64,000 bases of DNA from contig JAFVHO010000058.1 of assembly GCA_017474485.1 (NCBI GenBank), positions 112 to 64,111 on the forward strand. The letters are read 5' to 3'. Shown piece after piece: positions 28,668 through 38,176 of the stretch; the stretch's first letter is position 1, and each line of letters opens with the position of its first letter. A model generated the notes under the pieces. It worked only from the letters and a program-made list of their open reading frames with translations, did no database searches and had not been told where the DNA came from. The stretch is from Prevotella sp. GTDB taxonomy: Bacteria > Bacteroidota > Bacteroidia > Bacteroidales > Bacteroidaceae. The translations under genes and the position numbers were made by a program.

Positions 28668-31187
28668 TTATTTCTTCACCATCTTCTTACCATCCACGAT
28701 GACAATGCCTTTATAGTCAGCATTCACTTTCTGACCTGCCAGATTGTAGATGTTTCCATTGGTCGTCTTCGTGCTGACAGCAGTACGGATGCCCGTTTCC
28801 TGTTTTACCAAGTAGCGGTGACGGAGGGCTGAGCGTACGGCATAGTAAGCAGTTTTTTTGTCCAACTGTGCGGTAAACAGCAGCGGGTTAGACGACTCGC
28901 GCCAGCTGTTGTTGTCCTTCAGACCCCAGATGACCATACTCGGGCAGTTGTCGTGGTTCAGCATGATGTCGGTGATGACGCGATAGAGACGAGCCTGCTC
29001 CTGCAAGCTCTTCTCAGAGGTATCGGGAATACCCATATCGAGCTCGGTGATGATACACTTCAGACCAGCCTCTTCGAAACGGCTGATGGTGTTGTCGAAC
29101 TTCACGCTGTCGACATCGTCAATCGAGAAGTGGCACTGCAAGCCTACACCATCAATGGGGATGCCTTTTTTCTTCATCGCCGTAGCCATATTGTAGAAGG
29201 CAGCAGATTTAGCCTTACCCTGGAACTCTACGCCGTAGTCGTTCAGATAAAGGATGGCATCAGGATCAGCCTGATGTGCGTAGACGAAGGCAGAATCGAC
29301 ATAGTCGTCGCCGATGGCCTGCTGCCATACGCAGTTCTTTTTCAGCTCGTAGGCATCGGGATTGGTGCGCACGGCACTCTGGTTGTCGTCCAGACATTCG
29401 TTCACGACGTCCCACTCGCGAACCTTCCCCTTGAAGTGTTGCATCACGTTGGTGATATGCTTCTTCATGATGTCCAACGCCTGCTCGCGGGTCCAGTTCT
29501 GGTCGTTGGTCTTACCACCGTCGGACGAAATCCAAGTGGGAGACTGTTGGTTCCATACAAGACAATGTCCGCGCATCACCATCTTCTTACGAGAAGCGAA
29601 GTTGACGAGCTTATCAGCGGTGGTGAAATAGAAACTGCCATTCTGACCTCCGAAGGCCTCGGGCTTCATTTCGTTCTCAGCCACCAGCATATTGAACTGG
29701 AAGCCAACAGCGTCCGTCTCTGGCAGCGTTGTATCCATCAGGTCGTTCTTATACAACGAGATAGCCGTACCTATGCTCTTGCCGTTCTGGTTAGCATAGT
29801 ATTTCAGCGATTTCTTGTCTTCAGCATCGTCAATGCCGTCATCGTAGAAGGCACCCATTGTACTCTCAGTAATGTCAGGGTTATCGGGATCGTTGCCGCT
29901 GTTCATATTTTCGAGCGATACGAGACGCAGCACGAAGAGCACCTTGCCGTCTGACTCGCGTTCCACAACCTCCCACGTATATTGGGCAGCCTTCACGTCG
30001 AAGTGCCAGTCGCCAGCCGACTTGCTCTTGGCAGTCATGATGATGAACTCGTCGCCAACCTTGACGTCGGCACCCTCCGTCAATACCACCTCAACCAAAG
30101 GCATGGCGTCGCTCGTGGTGAAGTCTTCGGTGGTATTGCTATACTTGACCTGACCATCGACGGTCAACTGGTCGAAATTCGTCACAGAACCAACCTCGAT
30201 GCGCAACATCGATGCAGGATGTACGAACAGGTTGGCATCCTTGGCTGCTACGTAGTTCTTCAGCGTCAGCACACCAACGCCATCGGCACCTGGCTCAATG
30301 GTTCCGTAGTTGTCAACAGTACCACCAATGCTACCCGTACCACCGAGGATTCCTTTGCCCAGAACGAACGCGATGGCATCCGTTGCGTTAGGCTTAGCAC
30401 CCAAGGCACCACGCAGTTTGCCGCTTTCTGCTGCAGCACGATCGTTCATGACCAGCACTCGACCTTCCATCACACGAACAGCACCGCTCACATAGTTGTC
30501 GTTGCCGGTAATCGTGTAGGTACCCCTACCCTCCTTGATGATACCCAGCTGCGTATCGTCGCGATAGCCCGAAGGTGCAATGGTACCAGCCAGCGTGGCA
30601 TCGGTATTCGTGAGACCTAACAGGTAATAGGCCGAGCGCGAATTCTTCATATAACCCGACAGTTTGGAACCAACCTCCGTCTCCAGATGGCCGATACGGA
30701 AGCCAGAGCCTGCCGTATTTGCCTCCGTACACAGCGTAGCACCATTGTGCAGCACCACATGGTTGTTCTCCAAGCTGCGGTTCACCTTGCTCAGCTCGAT
30801 GTTCTCAGGCGAGAAGGCCTTGCCGCCATGCATCAGCACAATATTATAGGAAGATGCCGAAGGAGCATTTTGCTTGTAAGGCCAAATATGCATGTCGCCC
30901 GTGTAGTTGCCCCACTCGTTCCATTTCTTGTCTGAATTGCCCAGATAGCCACGCTCTCCACCTGCATAGAGGTTCAGCATACCAGTACCCGAAATCGTCG
31001 AGCTAAAGTAGGCGTAGCGTGCCATCAATACGTTGACGGTATCGCCTTGCTGAATGGTAAGGGCCGAAGCGTACGTCTTGGCAGTCTTGTCTGTGTTGTC
31101 ACCGCTGATGTCAATTGTCTTGTTTTCCGCATTGGCTTGCGAAAGTGCCATCAGCACCAGTAAATTAGTAATAAGATACTTTTTCAT
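28668..31187 (-). CDS. GH10 endo-1,4-beta-xylanase with N-terminal beta-helix/passenger-like region and T9SS-type tail
   Basis: AENEMKP, RGHCLVW, WDVVNE (acid/base), GLQCH, ITELD (nucleophile). The start is set at MKKYLIT, downstream of the promoter at 31217-31224. Confidence 0.88.
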   Translation of the reverse strand: MKKYLITNLLVLMALSQANAENKTIDISGDNTDKTAKTYASALTIQQGDTVNVLMARYAYFSSTISGTGMLNLYAGGERGYLGNSDKKWNEWGNYTGDMHIWPYKQNAPSASSYNIVLMHGGKAFSPENIELSKVNRSLENNHVVLHNGATLCTEANTAGSGFRIGHLETEVGSKLSGYMKNSRSAYYLLGLTNTDATLAGTIAPSGYRDDTQLGIIKEGRGTYTITGNDNYVSGAVRVMEGRVLVMNDRAAAESGKLRGALGAKPNATDAIAFVLGKGILGGTGSIGGTVDNYGTIEPGADGVGVLTLKNYVAAKDANLFVHPASMLRIEVGSVTNFDQLTVDGQVKYSNTTEDFTTSDAMPLVEVVLTEGADVKVGDEFIIMTAKSKSAGDWHFDVKAAQYTWEVVERESDGKVLFVLRLVSLENMNSGNDPDNPDITESTMGAFYDDGIDDAEDKKSLKYYANQNGKSIGTAISLYKNDLMDTTLPETDAVGFQFNMLVAENEMKPEAFGGQNGSFYFTTADKLVNFASRKKMVMRGHCLVWNQQSPTWISSDGGKTNDQNWTREQALDIMKKHITNVMQHFKGKVREWDVVNECLDDNQSAVRTNPDAYELKKNCVWQQAIGDDYVDSAFVYAHQADPDAILYLNDYGVEFQGKAKSAAFYNMATAMKKKGIPIDGVGLQCHFSIDDVDSVKFDNTISRFEEAGLKCIITELDMGIPDTSEKSLQEQARLYRVITDIMLNHDNCPSMVIWGLKDNNSWRESSNPLLFTAQLDKKTAYYAVRSALRHRYLVKQETGIRTAVSTKTTNGNIYNLAGQKVNADYKGIVIVDGKKMVKK

Positions 31188-31217
31188 AAAATAGTTGAAT
31201 GATTGCTTAATGGCTGC

Positions 31218-31330
31218 AAAGGTACGAATAAGTGAGAACAATACAAAATAAAAATGCTTTTATTTTTATAGTTGAACGCCAATACCTTCTCGCAAAGCGA
31301 AAAGGTACGAATAAGTGAGTACAATACAAA
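31218..31330. repeat. 30-bp direct repeat (83-bp period) carrying the -7 promoter motif
   Basis: AAAGGTACGAATAAGTGAG(A/T)ACAATACAAA at 31218 and 31301. Confidence 0.8.
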
Positions 31331-31424
31331 GAAAACATAAAGTTTTGCCTAATTTTTCTTTTTATCCCTGTTTTTTTCGTACCTTTGCACCCCGATTTTA
31401 GATAATTCTTAAGAAAGTGTGAAA

Positions 31425-31970
31425 ATGAAAAAAATGATGATGATTGCTGCCATGTTGGTAGCAACGTTGAGCATGAACGCTCAGGATGACGATCTGAAGA
31501 ACGAGATTGGTGTTTACTATGGTTTTGGTTCCGCCTCTGACATTGTGTCGACTGTTGCATCGGCTATGTCGTCCGCTTTTAGTCATAGTGACCAAAGCGG
31601 TTTCTGGGGTCCTGTCGGCCTTGAATACTACTATCACGTTACCCCCGGTGTGGGTGTAGGTGCTATGGCTTCTATTGCCGGATGTAAGTGGGGCGAAGAC
31701 GGCGAATGCAAGACCAAATACTACACCGTCATGCCTGCCGTCAAGTTCGACTGGTTGCGCAAGACGCACTTCGGCATGTATTCAGGTCTGGCTGCTGGCG
31801 TGATGATTGTATCAGACAGTTTTAAGGACGAAAGCAAGTCGAAAGTCTTCTTTATGGGTCAGCTGACAGCTCTGGGTGCTGAGTTTGGCGGACAACAGCT
31901 GCGCGGCTTTGCTGAGCTGGGCTTTGGCGAACGTGGTTTATTGACCATCGGTGCTCGTTACAAGTTCTAA
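31425..31970 (+). CDS. Small outer-membrane beta-barrel protein
   Basis: Signal peptide; alternating aromatic strands; FAELGFG..G....GARYKF C-terminus. Confidence 0.8.
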   Translation: MKKMMMIAAMLVATLSMNAQDDDLKNEIGVYYGFGSASDIVSTVASAMSSAFSHSDQSGFWGPVGLEYYYHVTPGVGVGAMASIAGCKWGEDGECKTKYYTVMPAVKFDWLRKTHFGMYSGLAAGVMIVSDSFKDESKSKVFFMGQLTALGAEFGGQQLRGFAELGFGERGLLTIGARYKF

Positions 31971-32061
31971 GCATATTGCTGAAAAAGCAGATAACTAACG
32001 GGGAGAGACACCGCTCTACATGGGCGATGCCTCTCTCTCTTCTTTGTTATCTGATATCTAT

Positions 32062-32217
32062 TTACCTTAAATAGAACCAGTAGAGTGCTGCTGCGACGGC
32101 AACGAGTATGACTGTAATAACACTCTTGATCATACACGAGGCGACCTTCTTGACAACGACGAAGCCAATAATGATGACCAGCAGCAACGCTACGTAATAG
32201 ATGATGTTACTTTGCAT
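32062..32217 (-). CDS. Small two-TM membrane protein (51 aa)
   Basis: MQSNIIYYVALLLVIIIGFVVVKKVASCMIKSVITVILVAVAAALYWFYLR*, 15 bp after the upstream stop. Confidence 0.7.
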   Translation of the reverse strand: MQSNIIYYVALLLVIIIGFVVVKKVASCMIKSVITVILVAVAAALYWFYLR

Positions 32218-32232
32218 AATTCTACGCGTAGT

Positions 32233-33867
32233 TTAGAATGTGTAAGTAAGTGTGCAGAGGAACTGGTGGCGGTTGTCCTTTACCTTGACGGGCTTACAAT
32301 CGGTAACAATCTCCTCGGTTACTAAGACCTCAGCACCATCTTTCTCTGTGTAGTAATTATAGTCACCGCTTGCACTCACGAAGGGATAGAAATCGCCCTT
32401 ACGGCTGCTGTACTGATAGGCCAGATCGATGGCGAAATTGTTGTGGCGGTAGCCAAAGCCTAATGTAAGGCGATTGGTGTCCTTCCAGTTTACCCAGTCC
32501 GTTGCCGAGCTGCAGTTGCTGCCGTACGAATCGAGGAATCCATTCTTGAATCCATCGGTCTTATACATCGGCGACACGTAGTTGTAACCAGCACGCAACG
32601 ATATTTCCTTTGTGGGCTTGAATTCGGCACCGAGTTTCAGCGTCGATACGCCTTTCAGCGTCTCCTTCGTGTGGGTGTTCATGACCTTGTCGCTCTCGCT
32701 GTCGTCACTATACGAGTTGGTCCACTCGTTATAGTAAGTACCAGTAAGGTAACGTGTGTCTGTAGTACCGTAATCGGCATACTCGAAGCTGGCACCCAGA
32801 GCCAAGTTGGTACCGACGGTATGACCTATGCTCAATCCGAACTTCCACGGGGTGTAGAGCTTGAACTCGTAAGAGTCGTTGGCCGTATAGCGTGGATTAT
32901 ACGAATCAGTAAACGGCGTATTGTTGGTCAGATAAGTATGGTTTCTGGTGGTCAGCTTATAGAACGTCGGCGAATTGATAGAAGCACCGATACGGAAGGC
33001 CGACTCCTCGAAAGGACGCACAATGAGACCTGCCTTTACGTCATAGCCCATACCCGTTACCTCGCGTTCGTCGCTGACAATCAGATTACCTGAAGCCACA
33101 CCATCGGCATCTATAATGTTCTCCTGATAGTCGCTGACGCCCTTGTAGTGCACGTCATGAAGACCTATGGTAAGACCCAGGTAGAGGCGATTGTTGATGT
33201 TGCCCGATATATTGAAATCGTAAACACCGATATAGCCCGTATTGGCACGATTCATCACATAGTCGGAGGCTATGTCACAATATGGATTGCCAGACTTGTC
33301 AATAATATACGAGTTATAGTAGACGTTGTCCAGCTCGCTGGTCCACCAATGCGTGCCCTTGCCATTTGCAAAGTTGTAATACGATGCACCATCTTTATCG
33401 TTTTCGCCAATACCCTTGATGAACGACAGGTTGTTCTGCGAACTTCTTCCGTCATGTGCACCTGCTGCAGAGAGGATATAGTCGAAATTACGGTCCTTAT
33501 GGTAGTTGAACGCCACGTTGACGAACGACGACCTACCTGTGCGTGAAGAGTACACGAAGCCCAACTGGTCGAAACTGAAATTCGTCTTGTCGCCCGTACG
33601 ATAGTCTTCGCCTTCTGCCTGCGATACCACACCGAACGAACCAGAGATGTTGCTGCTGCGGAACAGGCCGATACCGGCAGGGTTGCTGGAAATGGTCGAG
33701 ATATCGGCACCCAGGGCCTCCATTGCTCCACCCATACCCACGTAACGCGCCGTACCGTTCAGGTCTTGCTCCATCAGGCGGGCATTCTCGTATGTTTCCT
33801 GAGCTGTCATTGGCAGTGCTGCAAAAGCACAGACAGCCATGTAGATATATTTCTTCATCATAGCCAA
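32233..33867 (-). CDS. OmpP1/FadL/TodX-family outer membrane transporter
   Basis: GTARYVGMGGAMEALGAD...NPAG hatch motif; ends with YTF. Confidence 0.85.
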   Translation of the reverse strand: MAMMKKYIYMAVCAFAALPMTAQETYENARLMEQDLNGTARYVGMGGAMEALGADISTISSNPAGIGLFRSSNISGSFGVVSQAEGEDYRTGDKTNFSFDQLGFVYSSRTGRSSFVNVAFNYHKDRNFDYILSAAGAHDGRSSQNNLSFIKGIGENDKDGASYYNFANGKGTHWWTSELDNVYYNSYIIDKSGNPYCDIASDYVMNRANTGYIGVYDFNISGNINNRLYLGLTIGLHDVHYKGVSDYQENIIDADGVASGNLIVSDEREVTGMGYDVKAGLIVRPFEESAFRIGASINSPTFYKLTTRNHTYLTNNTPFTDSYNPRYTANDSYEFKLYTPWKFGLSIGHTVGTNLALGASFEYADYGTTDTRYLTGTYYNEWTNSYSDDSESDKVMNTHTKETLKGVSTLKLGAEFKPTKEISLRAGYNYVSPMYKTDGFKNGFLDSYGSNCSSATDWVNWKDTNRLTLGFGYRHNNFAIDLAYQYSSRKGDFYPFVSASGDYNYYTEKDGAEVLVTEEIVTDCKPVKVKDNRHQFLCTLTYTF

Positions 33868-33906
33868 AACAATTTTAATATATTAATAAATAATAAGGTA
33901 TCTATA

Positions 33907-34836
33907 TCAACGATGACGTACACCACCCGAACGAACTGCACCACCACCGCCAGACGGACGACTGCCGCCGCCACCGAACGAACCTGACGAATGGGAAACA
34001 CCGCTGGTCGAGCCACCGAACGAAGTCGTCGAACGCGTCGTACGCGGCGTGCTGTTAATCGTCGGGCTGCTGTTGTTGGAGGAATTCGGACGCGATACGG
34101 TCACGTTACCAGCCCTTACGCCTGTACCATTACGACGACTGCCGTCCGTGTTGTAGTTGCGACGGTCATAGTAGCGCATGTTCGACGACAGGCGACCACT
34201 TCCACCATGTCCGTAGTAGCTTCCACCACGGCTGATGTAGCCACCACCATAATAGTGATATCCGTAGTAACGGGGCGAATACCATGTAGAATAATAGTAC
34301 GGATAGCGCCAGCCATACCAAGAGGAATAGTAGAACGGATCGTTCCAGTACCACCATGAATCGTAGTACCAGGGATCGTACCAGCTGTACCACGTATTGT
34401 ACCACGGCGACGACCAGCGACCAGCACGGTAACCGTCCCAATAAGCCTCAGAGGGTGTATAGTCGTCGAAACGTGACATACGGCGCGTCAATGCATAGTC
34501 GTCATTCTCGACAGGCTGCGAATAAGCTGAGTCGGGATATACACCACGCACGGCAGAGAAATCGATGATATCGTTGCCTGTAGAGTCAACAGGATAAGCG
34601 AACTGGGCACGACGGTTATAGTCATCGACCGAGCGATTGCTGCCCGAGTAGTATACATTCTGGGGCATGCCATACTTCTTGGCTTCCTTGGCCATATTCT
34701 CCTTGGTAGGAACGAAGTACATATCATCGTCCTGTGCCAACATGTTTAAAGGTAAAAAGGTAAAAAGGTAGAGAGGTAAAACCATCTTACCCGTCCTTAT
34801 TACCTTATTCAATAATGCATTCCTTTTCATAATCAT
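33907..34836 (-). CDS. Secreted protein with Tyr/Trp-rich region and Gly/Ser/Arg-rich tail
   Basis: AQDDDMYF after the signal peptide; VDDYNRR; in an operon with the FadL-like gene. Confidence 0.7.
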   Translation of the reverse strand: MIMKRNALLNKVIRTGKMVLPLYLFTFLPLNMLAQDDDMYFVPTKENMAKEAKKYGMPQNVYYSGSNRSVDDYNRRAQFAYPVDSTGNDIIDFSAVRGVYPDSAYSQPVENDDYALTRRMSRFDDYTPSEAYWDGYRAGRWSSPWYNTWYSWYDPWYYDSWWYWNDPFYYSSWYGWRYPYYYSTWYSPRYYGYHYYGGGYISRGGSYYGHGGSGRLSSNMRYYDRRNYNTDGSRRNGTGVRAGNVTVSRPNSSNNSSPTINSTPRTTRSTTSFGGSTSGVSHSSGSFGGGGSRPSGGGGAVRSGGVRHR

Positions 34837-35002
34837 TCTGTTTTTTACTTTTTTACCTTTTTACCCTTTTACTTTTTACTGTTTCTAAGGGTTCACGCTG
34901 CAAAATTACAACGTATTCTCATGCAAAAGTACGGAAAAACCCTAAGAGATGGTAGGATTTTCCCTATTTTTTGTATCTTTGCATCGTTTTTTAACATCTG
35001 AT

Positions 35003-35896
35003 ATGAAGTATTTTGAAGTAAATATGACCATTGAGCCCTGTTCGCAGGATGCTCAAGACCTGCTGGCAGCTCTGACGGCAGAGGCTGGAATGGAGACGTT
35101 TGAGGAAACCGAAACAGGTTTGAAGGGCTATGCCCAGCAACAGTTGTTTGACGAAGATGCCTTGCAACAGACCATCAGCATGTTTCCCATGGAAGGCGTC
35201 ACCATCAGCTATACCGTCAGCGAGGCTGAGGATAAAGACTGGAACGAGCAGTGGGAACAGGAGGGATTTGAGCCGATAGAAGTCAGATGGAAGATGGAAG
35301 ATGGAAGAAGTAAGACATTGCTGATACACGACGGACGCCACCTGCCTTCAGAACTCACCTCTCACCTCTCACCTCTCACCACTGAAATTGAAATCGACGC
35401 CCACATGGCCTTCGGAACGGGTACCCACGAAACTACCCGCATGATCTGTGGCCAGTTGCTGAACATGAATCTGGAAGGCAAACGCATATTGGATTGTGGC
35501 TGCGGAACGGGCATTCTGGGCATCTGTGCCCTGAAGCTGGGTGCCGCCTCATGCGTAGGGTATGACATCGACGAGTGGAGCACAGATAACACCCGCCATA
35601 ATGCCGTCATCAATCGCGTTGAAAATCGCCTCGAAGCCCTCTGTGGCAACGCTACCCTACTCAGCCGTTACGCCCCTGAGTTCGACGTAGTGCTGGCCAA
35701 CATCAACCGCAACATCCTCCTTCAGGATATGGAATGCTTCGTCAGCGTCATGGCTCCCGGTGCTACCCTCATCCTCAGCGGCTTCTATCAGGCCGACTGC
35801 CAGATGCTGGAAGAGAAAGCTCAGACGTTGGGCCTACAAGTAAGCACTATCCACAACGACGGCGAATGGGCCTGTTGTGTATTTAAACTTAATTAA
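35003..35896 (+). CDS. prmA: Ribosomal protein L11 methyltransferase
   Basis: DWNEQW, MAFGTGTHETT, LDCGCGTGIL, VLANINRN, LILSGF. Confidence 0.93.
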   Translation: MKYFEVNMTIEPCSQDAQDLLAALTAEAGMETFEETETGLKGYAQQQLFDEDALQQTISMFPMEGVTISYTVSEAEDKDWNEQWEQEGFEPIEVRWKMEDGRSKTLLIHDGRHLPSELTSHLSPLTTEIEIDAHMAFGTGTHETTRMICGQLLNMNLEGKRILDCGCGTGILGICALKLGAASCVGYDIDEWSTDNTRHNAVINRVENRLEALCGNATLLSRYAPEFDVVLANINRNILLQDMECFVSVMAPGATLILSGFYQADCQMLEEKAQTLGLQVSTIHNDGEWACCVFKLN

Positions 35897-38154
35897 AAAT
35901 GTACATTTAAATCGACGCCCAACTGAATCGGATTACCACGTTGTGCAAAGCGTAGTGCCTCACCAGCAGCCTTACTCTCTACAGCAAAGGTGTTATATTT
36001 GGTGTCAGTCAGATTGCGGCCCCATAGTTTGACGTTGCAGTTTCCGAAATCATACCCCACGTGAGCACCTAGGAGTACATACGTTTTCTGTCCGAAGCTG
36101 TTGGCTTCGTTCCATTCAGTATAACCCTGTCCTGTGAGGTCGGCCCCCACGAAGAAGCTGTTGATGCGGTAGCTTCCACCCAGTGCAAAGTTGGTTTGGG
36201 GAACAAAGGGAATCGAATTGCCGTTATAGGTATCGTATTCGTCAAACTTCGCATTGACGGCACCAAGATTGCAGAACCAGTCCAGTTGGTCGTCAAAGGC
36301 TCGTCCACGCAACGACATTTCCAAACCCATCGTGTGGCTCTTGCCTGCATTCACCATGATGCGTCCAAAGTTGTTGTCAGGCGTCATCATCGACAGTTGC
36401 TGGTTACGTATCTTCATATAGTAGACAGCAACATCGGCATGCAGCTTGCCATCCAGCAAATTCAGATGGGCACCAGCCTCATAGTTCCACGACTCCTCAG
36501 GCTTGTAGCTGATGGTCTCGTCAACGGCCTCATAGTCCTCGTCTGTATAGTTGATGGTGACATCGCCTTGACTCAGTGACTTACCTTTATTCATGAATTC
36601 CGACTGATAGATTTCCGAGAACATCTGGATGTTATAGCCGCCAGCACGATAGCCCTTTGACACGGTGGCATAGATGTTCGACCCACTGTCATCCAAACGG
36701 TAGGTGACACCCACCTTGGGCAGCAGTTGGTCGAACGAACACTTGCTGCCATTTTGCAACACAGCTGTCAGCAGACTGGTCTTCTCTAACGGCGGTATGG
36801 CGTAGTGCAGCGCCACCAGTCCATCGGTATCGTAGTCTATCTTCATCTGGCTGAACTCGTAACGCAGACCTAAGGTCACATCCAGTCGGCTGGTCAACGA
36901 GACAGTCGACTCATGGAAGGCACCCAGACTGGCTGAGGGCGTGTGGAAGGTCTCAGTCACGTGGAAGTCAGGAATCTCCCAGATGGTAAACATCGATTGG
37001 ACATAGGTTGGCATCATCGACATGATGCGGGCTGCCGTCGTCGCATTCATCGCTGGTCCGAAGGTCACAGGCGCATCAGTACGCAACCACTGGTACGAAC
37101 CGAAGACGCCAAACGTCCAATGCCACTTGCGCTGTCCGTGACTACGCAGTATCAGTTCCTGTGTCAGCGCCTGCTGCTTCTGCAGCTGCGACAGGTGCAT
37201 GTAGTCGTCAGGCAGATAGTCCTGGTCCATCTCCATGTGGTCACGCAGATACTGCCACGATGTGGTAGAACTCAGCAACCAGTTGTCGGCCTTGTAACTG
37301 ATGTTCAAACCCGTATTCACCATCTGTCGCTTGTAACCGTTCATCACCGTCGTCGACGGGTCATCTACGGTATTGGCGTCATCGTCGTATAGTCCGTAGG
37401 GAAACGCATTCTGACGTGTCCATTGGTAGTCGGCTGTCAAGTCCAGCGTCAGCTTGTGGGTCGGTTGGTACACGAATCGCATCTTTCCACCTGCTTCCTG
37501 TAACTTGTCGTTCCACTCGTCCAGCGCCTGGTTCTTGAAGAATCCGCGCTGCCCATTCCAGAAACCTGCTGCCGAGAAGGCAAACTTGTCTGAAGGACGA
37601 TGGAAATGGGCTATCTCAGCATGCGACGTCAGTCCTGTGCCAATACCCATCGAGATGTCTGTACCCTGATACGTCATAGGGTTCTTCGAGTAGATGTGCA
37701 CCAGTCCACCCTCTGTATTCACACCATACAAGGTTCCCTGGGGACCACGCAACACATCGACACGATCCACATGGTAGAAATGGTGGTTAAAGGCGGCCTT
37801 CGACATCAGCGGAATGTTGTCGTAGTAGATACCCACCGCCGGATTGTTGATGCGTGAACCTATGCCGCGAATATACATCGACGATGTCAGACGCGAACCA
37901 TACTGAGGCATCGAGAACGAGGGCACATACTTCGACAGTTGGGTGAGGTCCTGAACACCTAGCATCCGCATCTCTCGCTGGGTCACGACTGTCGAGCTCA
38001 ATGGCTGATGGCGCAGCAATCGTCCGTCCTTGGGCTGCGACACGACGACAATCTCGTCAAGGTCAAACACCTTCGACGTGTCGTTCACCTCTTCAGCCTG
38101 AACCAGCGAGGATGCGAAGAGCAAGGCTCCTGAAAACAGTACTTTACCTATCAT
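35893..38154 (-). CDS. TonB-dependent receptor
   Basis: IRGIGS, VDVLRGPQGTLYG, KGYRAGG, KPE.SWNYE, terminal F. Confidence 0.9.
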   Translation of the reverse strand: MIGKVLFSGALLFASSLVQAEEVNDTSKVFDLDEIVVVSQPKDGRLLRHQPLSSTVVTQREMRMLGVQDLTQLSKYVPSFSMPQYGSRLTSSMYIRGIGSRINNPAVGIYYDNIPLMSKAAFNHHFYHVDRVDVLRGPQGTLYGVNTEGGLVHIYSKNPMTYQGTDISMGIGTGLTSHAEIAHFHRPSDKFAFSAAGFWNGQRGFFKNQALDEWNDKLQEAGGKMRFVYQPTHKLTLDLTADYQWTRQNAFPYGLYDDDANTVDDPSTTVMNGYKRQMVNTGLNISYKADNWLLSSTTSWQYLRDHMEMDQDYLPDDYMHLSQLQKQQALTQELILRSHGQRKWHWTFGVFGSYQWLRTDAPVTFGPAMNATTAARIMSMMPTYVQSMFTIWEIPDFHVTETFHTPSASLGAFHESTVSLTSRLDVTLGLRYEFSQMKIDYDTDGLVALHYAIPPLEKTSLLTAVLQNGSKCSFDQLLPKVGVTYRLDDSGSNIYATVSKGYRAGGYNIQMFSEIYQSEFMNKGKSLSQGDVTINYTDEDYEAVDETISYKPEESWNYEAGAHLNLLDGKLHADVAVYYMKIRNQQLSMMTPDNNFGRIMVNAGKSHTMGLEMSLRGRAFDDQLDWFCNLGAVNAKFDEYDTYNGNSIPFVPQTNFALGGSYRINSFFVGADLTGQGYTEWNEANSFGQKTYVLLGAHVGYDFGNCNVKLWGRNLTDTKYNTFAVESKAAGEALRFAQRGNPIQLGVDLNVHF

Positions 38155-38176
38155 TTATATATTTAGTGTGTGTTGG

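Noticed and set aside
28953-29954. Long antisense ORFs (333 aa here; also 9810-10640, 41711-42556, 42638-43507, 6717-7412)
   Set aside because: They are shadows of well-supported genes on the opposite strand, caused by codon bias, and have no motifs.
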